A DNA stretch of 64,000 nt, from positions 124,001 to 188,000 of IMG/VR virus record IMGVR_UViG_3300026521_000471, one strand, 5' to 3'. A program made the translations under genes and the position numbers. How positions within the stretch are numbered: position 1 is the stretch's first letter; each line of letters opens with the position of its first letter. Of this stretch, positions 1 through 8,674 are shown in pieces. The notes under the pieces were generated by a model. It made no database searches, was not told where the DNA came from, and saw only the letters and a program-made list of their open reading frames with translations.

Positions 1-228
1 GAATACGATTTAAAAGAGTTTGAGTGGGATATTAATCCTAAAGAAGATGAAGTGTACGGAGTGCTATGGGAATTTAAATTACACTCTAACAAATCTTGGA
101 CGGATTGTGGTTATGAATATGATAGTGAGATAGAAACTATTAATTTAACTTTTGATCTTTTTGACTTAGAAGCTACTAATAGGGTTTTAAATGATGAAAG
201 ATATTTTAGCTTTGAAGGAGATAATTGA
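1..228 (+). CDS. partial hypothetical protein (3' end)
   Basis: Frame 1 is open from base 1 to TGA at 226-228 (EYDLKEFEWD...FEGDN*). Confidence 0.7.
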   Translation, partial: EYDLKEFEWDINPKEDEVYGVLWEFKLHSNKSWTDCGYEYDSEIETINLTFDLFDLEATNRVLNDERYFSFEGDN

Positions 229-668
229 TGATATGCCCAATTTGTAATAAAGGTAAGGCATTACCAAATGAAAAACAACCTCAGCCTGGAACACATGCTT
301 ATACCATAGTTTATGATTGTGGTACAAAGATTGATTATGCTTATGGGTATGATGATTATGAAGAAGTTACAGTTAAATGTACCGATAAAAAAACCAATTC
401 AAATGAAAAACCAAAACCACAAGAAAAAAATAATAAATTATCTTCAATAATATTTGAACACAAAGGTTTATTTCCGGAATCGGATATACATTTAGTTCAT
501 AAAGTTTTAGGATTTATGGTTGAAGCTATTGAAGATGCCCCTAAAAATAAAAGAGATATTCAATCTTTAAATGGTTCGGAGTTAATGAAAGAAGTTATGA
601 AAAAAGGTAAAGGATCACTCAATCCAAACACAGTTGAAAAAATTATTAAATTTATTAAGGAGATATAA
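225..668 (+). CDS. hypothetical protein with N-terminal CxxC and a GatB/YqeY-like C-terminal helical tail
   Basis: CPIC at the N-terminus; LMKEVMKKGKGSLNPNTVEKII resembles the GatB/YqeY tail. Confidence 0.45.
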   Translation: MMICPICNKGKALPNEKQPQPGTHAYTIVYDCGTKIDYAYGYDDYEEVTVKCTDKKTNSNEKPKPQEKNNKLSSIIFEHKGLFPESDIHLVHKVLGFMVEAIEDAPKNKRDIQSLNGSELMKEVMKKGKGSLNPNTVEKIIKFIKEI

Positions 669-670
669 TA

Positions 671-1192
671 ATGAAATTAAAAGACTTAATCAATGAAGAA
701 AAAGAAACTAAAGGGACTTATGCAGGTGTATTACTTAGTCAAGACGATGAAGATAAAATCATCTCAATAGTGAAAGAAATGGGAATACCTAATCCTATTC
801 CTCGAAAAGATATTCATATTACACTTTTGTATAGTAGAAAGGTACTACCAGATTATAAACCAAATGAAAATTTAGATATTTGGGCATATCCGACTGAATT
901 TCATATTTTTAATGGTGGTAATGGTAAAGATATTCTTGTATTAAAGATTGACTCTCCTGATTTAGTTAAAAGACATAAAGAGTTGATGAAAGAACATGAA
1001 GCTACTTATGATTTCCCAGAATATATCCCACATATCACATTAAGTTATGATTTAGAAGATTATTTAAATACAGAAGATGATAGACTTAAAGCCATTAATG
1101 AAAAATTTAAAAGTTTATTACCTAAAGAGTTTCATTTAGTTAGAGAATACGTAGAAGATTTAAATTTAGATTGGGAGAATAGTAATGACTGA
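671..1192 (+). CDS. acb1: anti-CBASS 2H phosphodiesterase Acb1 (T4 57B-like)
   Basis: Two HxT motifs (HITLLYSR, PHITLSY); PNPIPR, ATYDFPEY and C-terminal REYVEDLNLDW are colinear with T4 57B. Confidence 0.85.
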   Translation: MKLKDLINEEKETKGTYAGVLLSQDDEDKIISIVKEMGIPNPIPRKDIHITLLYSRKVLPDYKPNENLDIWAYPTEFHIFNGGNGKDILVLKIDSPDLVKRHKELMKEHEATYDFPEYIPHITLSYDLEDYLNTEDDRLKAINEKFKSLLPKEFHLVREYVEDLNLDWENSND

Positions 1193-2132
1193 AAATCTGT
1201 TAAATTATATTAAAGAGTTATCACTTAATGATAAAAAAACTTTAATTCAAAAAGTCACTAAGCTATTTGAAGAAGGTGGTGAACTTTCTAAAGTAGTTTT
1301 ACCATTTGAAGGAGCTTATGCTACAAATCATAGAGTAGTAAACAAACAAAAGATTCTTGAAGAATGTGCTGATGTTTTTCTAGTAAACCAAAGTATAATG
1401 TATAGTGCCGGGTTTACTGATGAAGAATTCAATGATATGGTTTTAAAGAAAGCTCAAGTATGGAATGGATTACAAGTTAAAGAAGATAGAGCATTAGCAA
1501 AAAGTGATTTGATGCCTTATGAAATTCATATTACAGTTAATGCTGAAAATGGCATTGATATAGAACAATATAAAAAAGATTGTAAATTTATCGGTGTTAA
1601 ACCTATTGTACTTGATTTACAAGATAAATCCGGTGAACCTGTTATGGATGATGTAATGACTTCATCTAAAATTGTTGGTAATAATGGTGAAGCATTTGAA
1701 GAAATGAAAAGAATTTCTAATCATCTAACTTCACTAGGTTATAATGTAATTAGAGAAAAGATTGAAGCCAGTTATTGGCATACTAAAGCACCTTTTAAAA
1801 TTGATGGCGATACAAAAATGCCAGAGGGATGCTATTTTGAATGCCACCTAAACGTTTCTTGTACAGATGAAAAATTACCTCTACTATCAACTATAGCAAA
1901 AAATACAAATTGTCATCTTTCAAAAAATAAATTTAAAGTATTTGATGATGGAAGCTTTACAATTATGATGACTTATCGAAGCTATGACCAAATGTTTGAA
2001 GATTTTGAAGATAGTTTAAAATGGATTAAAAAATGTTTAATTACAGATAATTTTGAATTAGAAAAAGAAGTAGTGGAATTTAGTATCTATGATACAAAAA
2101 TTACTCATGACTCAAAATGGTTGGAAGCGTAA
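1185..2132 (+). CDS. MazG-like NTP pyrophosphohydrolase fused to an internally duplicated ExH domain
   Basis: KLFEEGGEL and LEECADV MazG motifs; C-terminal repeats YEIHITV..REKIE and FECHLNV..KEVVE. Confidence 0.6.
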   Translation: MTENLLNYIKELSLNDKKTLIQKVTKLFEEGGELSKVVLPFEGAYATNHRVVNKQKILEECADVFLVNQSIMYSAGFTDEEFNDMVLKKAQVWNGLQVKEDRALAKSDLMPYEIHITVNAENGIDIEQYKKDCKFIGVKPIVLDLQDKSGEPVMDDVMTSSKIVGNNGEAFEEMKRISNHLTSLGYNVIREKIEASYWHTKAPFKIDGDTKMPEGCYFECHLNVSCTDEKLPLLSTIAKNTNCHLSKNKFKVFDDGSFTIMMTYRSYDQMFEDFEDSLKWIKKCLITDNFELEKEVVEFSIYDTKITHDSKWLEA

Positions 2133-2475
2133 ATTGAATACTAATCTTCTTGAGAAAAAAGCTGATGAATTAATAGACAATGCAGGAATTGTTTGTTTAT
2201 GCGGTAGTACAAAATTTAAAAAAGAATTTGAAATAGCTACTTCAATATTATCCAAAAAAGGCTTTATTGTATTAAGTGTTGCACAATTTTCCCATCATGA
2301 TAATTTACCTTTAACCGAATTTGAAAAAATAACTTTTAATAAGTTACATTTTAAAAAAATAGAATTAGCAGATTTAGTTTATATTGTCAATCCAAATAAT
2401 TATATTGGTGAATCTACAAAGGATGAAATTGAATATGCTAAATCTCTAAATAAAAAAATACAATATATGTTTTGA
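2089..2475 (+). CDS. nucleoside 2-deoxyribosyltransferase-like protein
   Basis: VCLCGS..F, HFKKIELAD, YIGEST..EIEYA pattern; start codon uncertain. Confidence 0.55.
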   Translation: MIQKLLMTQNGWKRKLNTNLLEKKADELIDNAGIVCLCGSTKFKKEFEIATSILSKKGFIVLSVAQFSHHDNLPLTEFEKITFNKLHFKKIELADLVYIVNPNNYIGESTKDEIEYAKSLNKKIQYMF

Positions 2476-2506
2476 ATTTGTATAATATAATAAAAAAAGG
2501 AAGAAT

Positions 2507-2665
2507 ATGGATCATAAAATTCGAGAATTATTAGAAAAAATCCAACATTTTACAAATAAAGCCGTAGGTTTACTACAAGAAGAAAAATATGATGAAGCCG
2601 CTTTTTTCTTTAATCTAAGTTCTAGTTTAAATTCTGAAATCGCATTACTAATAAAGAGAGATTAA
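2507..2665 (+). CDS. small hypothetical protein (52 aa, not in ORF track)
   Basis: AAGGAAG RBS and upstream TATAAT; MDHKIRELLEK...LLIKRD*. Confidence 0.65.
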   Translation: MDHKIRELLEKIQHFTNKAVGLLQEEKYDEAAFFFNLSSSLNSEIALLIKRD

Positions 2666-2667
2666 TA

Positions 2668-3999
2668 GTGATTACATTAGAATATGTTGCTAGTGCTTGG
2701 ATGAATTTTAATTTCCTAAATTCAAAAGACCCGGAATTATTAAAATGGGCATCTGAAAATTATACTGCAAATTTAAAATATATGATGAGTAAATTAGAAA
2801 ATAATATTTTTGAATTTTCCGGACTTTATAATGCTTTTTATGAACCCGAACAATATGAGCGTATTTTAGAATGTGGAATAAGTGATCCGAGTTGCGGACA
2901 TAAACATGTTTATGCTGATAGTGGTGGTCTTCAGATGATGAAGCAAAATCTAAATATTACTGAAGAGATTAAAAAAAATATAATGCAAAATCAAGCAAAA
3001 TACTCAGATTTTGCATTTATTTTTGATGAAATACCATCTTATAATGTTGATGATACACGAGTATTTGTGAATGAATGGGTAAAACCTTACGGTGAAAGAA
3101 CAGGACAAAATTTAAATACATTATTAAAAGTTATAAAAGATAATAATTCTCATACAAAAGCAATACCTATTGTTCAAGGTAGAGGAAGAGAGCAAATAAC
3201 TGAATTTACAAACGCAATGTTATCTCAAATATCAAAGAACGATTTAAAATATATTGAAGCTTTTGCTATGGGTAATGCCCATGGAAATGGTTTTGGTTTA
3301 TTGCAATCTACTAGTACTTTTTTATCTATGAAAAATATCGATAATAAATTTAAAAAACACATTCACTTACTTGGAGTAACAGGTTTTGATAGGATGATTC
3401 CAATTCTTCAATTAGTAAAAAATGGTTTATTTGAGCATACCGAAAAGATTTCATTTGATAGCAGTTATCATGCTAAAACCTATGCTTTTGGCAATCTTCA
3501 AAAAAGCGTTGAATGGTGTATTAATGGTATGCAAGATGATAAATTAGGTTTAAAAAGAAATAAAATGACAGAAGACTTTTTTAAAGAATTAGATGATTTT
3601 TGGAAAAATTCTCCCACGTATAATATTGATGAATTTGATGACTATTTTAAATATTCATCATGGGATAAAGATAAAATCAACACACCAAATAGACAATTAG
3701 CTGAGCGAGACGTAGAAGCATATAAAAAAAATGTAAATATTATTCAAAATTATATTTTCTTAAATATGTACAAATATTTTGAAGTTTTAAATAAATTTAT
3801 GACTGATGAACTTACTATGGAGCAGATTCTCCATAGTAAAAAAACTCTAAAGATATTCCAACCATTACAAAATGTATATTCACTTGATGAATTATATGAT
3901 TGGGAAAATTATGCCGCATCAAATTATAAAGTTCAAGTTAGTAGCTCTATCGATAAAGCACCTTTTGACATTGATAAAGTAACTGATGTTTTATTTTAA
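2668..3999 (+). CDS. TGT/DpdA-like guanine transglycosylase, paralogue 1
   Basis: YADSGGLQ, FDEIP, PIVQG, HLLG and SFDSS occur in TGT order; no zinc-binding CxCxxC seen. Confidence 0.75.
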   Translation: MITLEYVASAWMNFNFLNSKDPELLKWASENYTANLKYMMSKLENNIFEFSGLYNAFYEPEQYERILECGISDPSCGHKHVYADSGGLQMMKQNLNITEEIKKNIMQNQAKYSDFAFIFDEIPSYNVDDTRVFVNEWVKPYGERTGQNLNTLLKVIKDNNSHTKAIPIVQGRGREQITEFTNAMLSQISKNDLKYIEAFAMGNAHGNGFGLLQSTSTFLSMKNIDNKFKKHIHLLGVTGFDRMIPILQLVKNGLFEHTEKISFDSSYHAKTYAFGNLQKSVEWCINGMQDDKLGLKRNKMTEDFFKELDDFWKNSPTYNIDEFDDYFKYSSWDKDKINTPNRQLAERDVEAYKKNVNIIQNYIFLNMYKYFEVLNKFMTDELTMEQILHSKKTLKIFQPLQNVYSLDELYDWENYAASNYKVQVSSSIDKAPFDIDKVTDVLF

Positions 4000-4011
4000 T
4001 AGGAAACATTT

Positions 4012-5322
4012 ATGACAACAAATTTAGAATTCGTTTTTTCAGCTTTTCCTCATTATATGAAAATGTGTAGGCAACAGGGTGAGATGTATAAAGCAACAGC
4101 CCAGTCAGTCCAAACATCAATAGCATATATGAGATCAAAACTCAAAGATAATGTATCTGTAAGTGCTTTATTTAATGCATATACAGAGGAAGATTGTGCT
4201 AGAAATGCATCTAATAGATTTACAGGTATGAAATCCATTATTGGTAGTAACCTCTATGCTGATAGTGGTGGATTACAAATGATGACTTTAGGACATACAG
4301 TTGATGAAGCACAAAGAAAAAAAATTTATGAAACCCAAATAAAATATGCGACACATGCTATGAGTTTTGATGAAATTCCCGGTATTTTCATTGATAAAAA
4401 AAAATATTATAAACCAGATACCGTATATAACTGTGGCGTTATTTCTGGGGGAAATTTACTTGAACAGTATAATTTTTTCAAAGAGGCTAGATCAAATACA
4501 AAAATTGTGCCAATTATTCAGGGATGGGGTTATAAAGATACAGATCTATTTACTCAAGGTTTGATGACAAATTGTAAAAATATTTGGAACGAATTTGATA
4601 TGTTAGCTGCTGGATTTCAAAGTTCATCAATTTGGGGAACGGCTCAAAGAGCAATAGATATATATACAAATCCATTACTCAAAAAACAATTTTTAAATCA
4701 TTATCACATGCTTGGTATGAGTGGTTATAAAAGAATAATCCCTATGATAATGATACTTAAAAGCGGATTAATAAAAGATATGAAGACACTTTCATTTGAT
4801 AGTTCCTCAATATCTATGACATATGTAATGGGCAACGTTATAAAATCGACTGATGATTTAATCAATAATAGAAAATATGAATTGGGGAAAGAAAGAACTA
4901 AAGAAGTTGAGGATTACTATAAAGAGCTGTATGAATTCTGGAAAGATGCACCCAATTGCAATTTTAAAGATTGGGAAGACTTATTAGAAAATTCTCAATG
5001 GAATAGTAGGGGTGTTAAGAGTGCAAAAGCTCGTCATGATGAAACCAATGATATTAATGAATCATTAAAATATCTGACACAAGAACAATATTTTATTTTC
5101 TATAATGTATATAAGTATGCTATGGTTCTTGAAGATTTTTTAGAGGGTAATATAGAATTATCAGATATATTTAAAGGTAAGGATTTAGAATTATTCAGTC
5201 AATTAGAAAAAATAGATAATATAGATGATTTCTATGAATGGCAAGATTATGTAAATAAAACACAAAATATAAAATTAGAAATATTTGAGAAAGATAATGA
5301 TTTTTCAAATATTTTATTTTAA
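4012..5322 (+). CDS. TGT/DpdA-like guanine transglycosylase, paralogue 2
   Basis: YADSGGLQ, FDEIP, PIIQG, HMLG and SFDSS; colinear with the upstream paralogue. Confidence 0.75.
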   Translation: MTTNLEFVFSAFPHYMKMCRQQGEMYKATAQSVQTSIAYMRSKLKDNVSVSALFNAYTEEDCARNASNRFTGMKSIIGSNLYADSGGLQMMTLGHTVDEAQRKKIYETQIKYATHAMSFDEIPGIFIDKKKYYKPDTVYNCGVISGGNLLEQYNFFKEARSNTKIVPIIQGWGYKDTDLFTQGLMTNCKNIWNEFDMLAAGFQSSSIWGTAQRAIDIYTNPLLKKQFLNHYHMLGMSGYKRIIPMIMILKSGLIKDMKTLSFDSSSISMTYVMGNVIKSTDDLINNRKYELGKERTKEVEDYYKELYEFWKDAPNCNFKDWEDLLENSQWNSRGVKSAKARHDETNDINESLKYLTQEQYFIFYNVYKYAMVLEDFLEGNIELSDIFKGKDLELFSQLEKIDNIDDFYEWQDYVNKTQNIKLEIFEKDNDFSNILF

Positions 5323-5335
5323 TTTAAATATTTTA

Positions 5336-5343
5336 TATAAATA
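5336..5343 (+). promoter_or_regulatory. T4-type late promoter TATAAATA (representative site)
   Basis: The same octamer lies 15-40 nt before starts at 18247, 20575, 24295, 27822, 31078, 39485, 54368, 63638 (+) and 48311, 60517 (-); AATAAATA variants at 10063, 23508, 33329 (+) and 35684, 58051 (-). Confidence 0.7.
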
Positions 5344-5372
5344 ATATTAATCAGAATAAAAAAGGGAATAAT

Positions 5373-6434
5373 ATGAAATTAATAGATGTTATTATGGATA
5401 ACTCATTAGAAATTGATGAAGGTTTTATCTTAGAACTAGAGGAATTGGATTTACTTGAAAATATAGTAAATGAATTAGAATTATTAGAAGCTAGAAATAT
5501 AGCAACTACAAGCAATGAAAATATAGTGTATGTTAAATCACTTAAAGCATTGCGTGAAAAAGCAAGAAAAATCATTAAAGATGCTATGAAAAAAAATCCA
5601 AAAACTAGAGCTGAATTAATAGCAAAAGTAAGATACTTAACAGGTAGAGGTAAAAAAGAACAACGTATTAAAGATGCTGCAAAAGGAATATATAAAGGTG
5701 GTAAACCAGTTGAAGATAGCGTATATAATATTACTAAAGCGGATTTAGAAATCATAAAGAAAAATGAAGCAGAAGGTAAATCTAAACCTAAAACATTATC
5801 TCCTAACCAAATTACTTATAAAGCTAGCCAGACACCAGGTGACTATAAAACATTAACTTTAACTAATCTTTTTGCTATAAAAATTAAAGATAAAGTTTAT
5901 ACAGTTAAATCGGCAGAAGATAAAATAGAAAAATATGCAACTGATGCAGCAAAAGTTGTAGTTGAAGCTAGAAATAAAACTGCAAAAATTTGTAAAGAGT
6001 TTGGGTTAAAAGAACCTTTCATTCCAAAATCAGAGGAAGAAGCTAAAAAATATATCATTGATGTATTGATTAAACCTATGTCTAAAGCTGCAAGAAATGC
6101 TAAAGAAAAAGCTAAAGAAATGTTAAATCGAAAAATGGCTGGTGAATCATTACCAAAAAATGACTATGTAATTAAAATTGATTCTTATAGACATGGTAAA
6201 GTTACAGTTCTTGTTCAACTACATCTTGATAAAGTTGTTGAATCATTAGGTTTAGAAGGTATAAAAGCAAGTGAAGTTCCAGATTCATGGTCAGGCACTA
6301 AAGCTGCATGGGGGAAACAAGTAAAACAGTACAAGGCAGAAATTCAAGATAAGATTGAGTCAATAGCTGGACCAAATGCTACAGTTTCAATCGGTAATGC
6401 TGGTGGTTGGATTACTATTAGATTTACTAAATAA
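5373..6434 (+). CDS. late hypothetical protein, possible internal virion protein with acidic propeptide
   Basis: Late promoter; acidic L/E-rich first 40 aa ending in LLE, then a Lys/Ala-rich basic body. Confidence 0.5.
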   Translation: MKLIDVIMDNSLEIDEGFILELEELDLLENIVNELELLEARNIATTSNENIVYVKSLKALREKARKIIKDAMKKNPKTRAELIAKVRYLTGRGKKEQRIKDAAKGIYKGGKPVEDSVYNITKADLEIIKKNEAEGKSKPKTLSPNQITYKASQTPGDYKTLTLTNLFAIKIKDKVYTVKSAEDKIEKYATDAAKVVVEARNKTAKICKEFGLKEPFIPKSEEEAKKYIIDVLIKPMSKAARNAKEKAKEMLNRKMAGESLPKNDYVIKIDSYRHGKVTVLVQLHLDKVVESLGLEGIKASEVPDSWSGTKAAWGKQVKQYKAEIQDKIESIAGPNATVSIGNAGGWITIRFTK

Positions 6435-6485
6435 TAATACTATAAGGTTGTTTTTTGTATAATTACAATTATACAGGAGACAACC

Positions 6486-7379
6486 ATGACAATAGCATTT
6501 ATTTCGGATATTCATCTTGATTTTTGGATACCTATAAAATTAAATGGAACTAAAGAAGATTTACGATTAGACAACTTTATATCAAACACTTTAAAACCGA
6601 TAAAAGCTGATGTACTCATTATCGGTGGTGACAATTCCCACTATAATCAACAATTTAAAAAACTCCTTATAAAACTAGCAGAATTAAAATTATTTAAAAA
6701 GATAATTATTACTTATGGTAATCATGATATGTATTTAGTTTCAAATAAACAAATACACGATTATAAAATTTCGATCAATAAAATCACAGAAATGAAAAAA
6801 ATATGTACTGATATTGATACTGTTGAATTTTTAGATGGTAATATAATTGAGGTAGATGGAATAAAAATCGGAGGTTGTGCTATGTGGTATGATTATTCAT
6901 ATGCTAAAAAATTCTTTAATATGAATGATTTCCATATGCTACAAAAATGGAAACAGGTTATGAATGACGCCAACTATATTTATGGTACAGATCACTTAGG
7001 GTTAAATGAAGTTAGATCAATGTATTCATATGGAAAAACTAAAATTTATACTTTTGATCCATTGCTATTTTTTGAATCGGAAAAAGATAAACTATTAAAA
7101 ATAATAGATAAGGTAGATATTTTTGTTTCGCATTTTGGTCCAGCTATACCACCCAATTTGGAATCAAAATATATGAATATTGATACAGGTTTTTATTATT
7201 TTGATGGCGAACATTATCTTTGGGGTGAAAAAGCACCTAAATTATGGATTTTTGGACATACTCATACAAAATATGAATGGAAAGTTAATAATACATGGAT
7301 GGTATCAAATCCATTAGGATATAAATCTGAAAATACTGGAACATCTATTGATATAATAGAGTTAGACGACCTTTATTAA
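6486..7379 (+). CDS. calcineurin-like metallophosphoesterase
   Basis: SDIH, GGD, GNHD, SH and FGHTH motifs. Confidence 0.85.
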   Translation: MTIAFISDIHLDFWIPIKLNGTKEDLRLDNFISNTLKPIKADVLIIGGDNSHYNQQFKKLLIKLAELKLFKKIIITYGNHDMYLVSNKQIHDYKISINKITEMKKICTDIDTVEFLDGNIIEVDGIKIGGCAMWYDYSYAKKFFNMNDFHMLQKWKQVMNDANYIYGTDHLGLNEVRSMYSYGKTKIYTFDPLLFFESEKDKLLKIIDKVDIFVSHFGPAIPPNLESKYMNIDTGFYYFDGEHYLWGEKAPKLWIFGHTHTKYEWKVNNTWMVSNPLGYKSENTGTSIDIIELDDLY

Positions 7380-7382
7380 ATA

Positions 7383-7404
7383 TTAAGTTATATTTAGATA
7401 TAAT
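7383..7404 (+). promoter_or_regulatory. host sigma70-type promoter WTAAG-N11-TATAAT (representative site)
   Basis: Identical spacing at 6442, 7383, 11745, 12907, 26739 (TATTAT variant), 30036, 41538, 48320, 51292, 55834 and 58079, each just upstream of a gene start. Confidence 0.75.
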
Positions 7405-7433
7405 TATAATATTAAAATAAAAAGGTATTATAT

Positions 7434-8234
7434 ATGAACGATAAAACTTTCGATGAAGAAATTGGTGAATTTTCAGGATTTAGTGAAGCAGATTATAATT
7501 TAACTGAACCTATGAAATTAATAGCTAAAATGGAGATGAAAGCACTAAATGTTATTTGTGGTGAAAATAATGTTGGGAAAAGCCTAACAAATAAACTTCT
7601 CTGGGCTAGTACATTTTTTATGAATTTAAAAATTACTCAAAGTTTTAATTCATTACCTAAAGAACAAATGTCTGATGAAGAAATATTAGAATTAATATTA
7701 AATAATACATTTGATGATCAAAGTTTTGAAGGTACTATCAATTATTCATCAAGAGATGAAATAGTAAAGGTGGCTTTTTATAAATTAGAATATAGATTAG
7801 AAAATGGAAAAGTATGCGATCTTGTTATTGATTTTCCTAATAAAGCTAAGCCTATGGGTCCTATTATTTACCTTTCAAAAGAAGCAAGAGATTTTTCTAA
7901 TATTGAAAAATATTTAAAGATTAAAAAATTATTAAATATACACGAAATAGAATCTTGGGACAGTATTACTGCTTTATCTGACTTTTTCAAAATCTATGAT
8001 ATTTTAGCTATAGAATCACTTTTACAAAAGTTTGATAATGCTAGTGAATTTATCACTCTTATAAATCAAATGCCAGGTGGTAATGAATTACTAGATGATG
8101 ATTTAGTCGATATAAAATTAGATCATGAAAATTCTGAATTATATTATATTGATAAAAATAAGAATCAGAAACGTTTAAGTACATTAGGTGCTGGAACACA
8201 ATCTATAATATTAATGCTTCTTTCCGCAGTATAA
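7434..8234 (+). CDS. ABC/AAA_15-type ATPase fragment
   Basis: Walker A GENNVGKS; ends shortly after the signature-like LGAGTQS, with no Walker B. Confidence 0.55.
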   Translation: MNDKTFDEEIGEFSGFSEADYNLTEPMKLIAKMEMKALNVICGENNVGKSLTNKLLWASTFFMNLKITQSFNSLPKEQMSDEEILELILNNTFDDQSFEGTINYSSRDEIVKVAFYKLEYRLENGKVCDLVIDFPNKAKPMGPIIYLSKEARDFSNIEKYLKIKKLLNIHEIESWDSITALSDFFKIYDILAIESLLQKFDNASEFITLINQMPGGNELLDDDLVDIKLDHENSELYYIDKNKNQKRLSTLGAGTQSIILMLLSAV

Positions 8235-8280
8235 AAATTTATTTAGCCTTTTTGTATAATAATTATAAAAAGGCTTTATT

Positions 8281-8634
8281 ATGTTTTATATTTTATACTC
8301 TAACAAAACAATAAATAAATCTCCTGAAATATCCTATGCTAATGGCACTACTCTACCCTTTAAGGAAGGATATTTTTTATTTGATGACAGCGATAAATCT
8401 ATAAATTTTTGGATTAATGAATCATCTAATTATATCGAATTTGAAGGTAACAGATTTAAAATTGATAAAAAATTAAAATTCAAAAATAAAAATCATGCTA
8501 CAATAATCCTTAATTCTTTAAAATTAGCCGAATTGAAAAAAAATGGTGGTGACTTCTTCTTCCCGAATACGTTTAAAAATATCAAAAATACCTTTGAACA
8601 ACTTATAAGTACCTACCCCGAATATTCCATTTAA
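8281..8634 (+). CDS. hypothetical protein (C-terminal YPEYSI)
   Basis: ORF with RBS and promoter. Confidence 0.6.
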   Translation: MFYILYSNKTINKSPEISYANGTTLPFKEGYFLFDDSDKSINFWINESSNYIEFEGNRFKIDKKLKFKNKNHATIILNSLKLAELKKNGGDFFFPNTFKNIKNTFEQLISTYPEYSI

Positions 8635-8674
8635 AAAATTGTAAAATAAGTATAATATATCACAAGGAGTAAAA

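Noticed and set aside
5351-5755. antisense and nested ORFs in the track (e.g. 5351-5755, 20190-20546, 28924-29223, 37457-37828, 56319-56744, 63740-63994)
   Set aside because: They are shadows of well-supported genes on the other strand or frame and have no motifs of their own.
8245-8277. inverted repeat AGCCTTTTT/AAAAAGGCT as a mobile-element end
   Set aside because: It is a single short hairpin around a -10 box with no transposase or second copy; more likely a terminator or operator.
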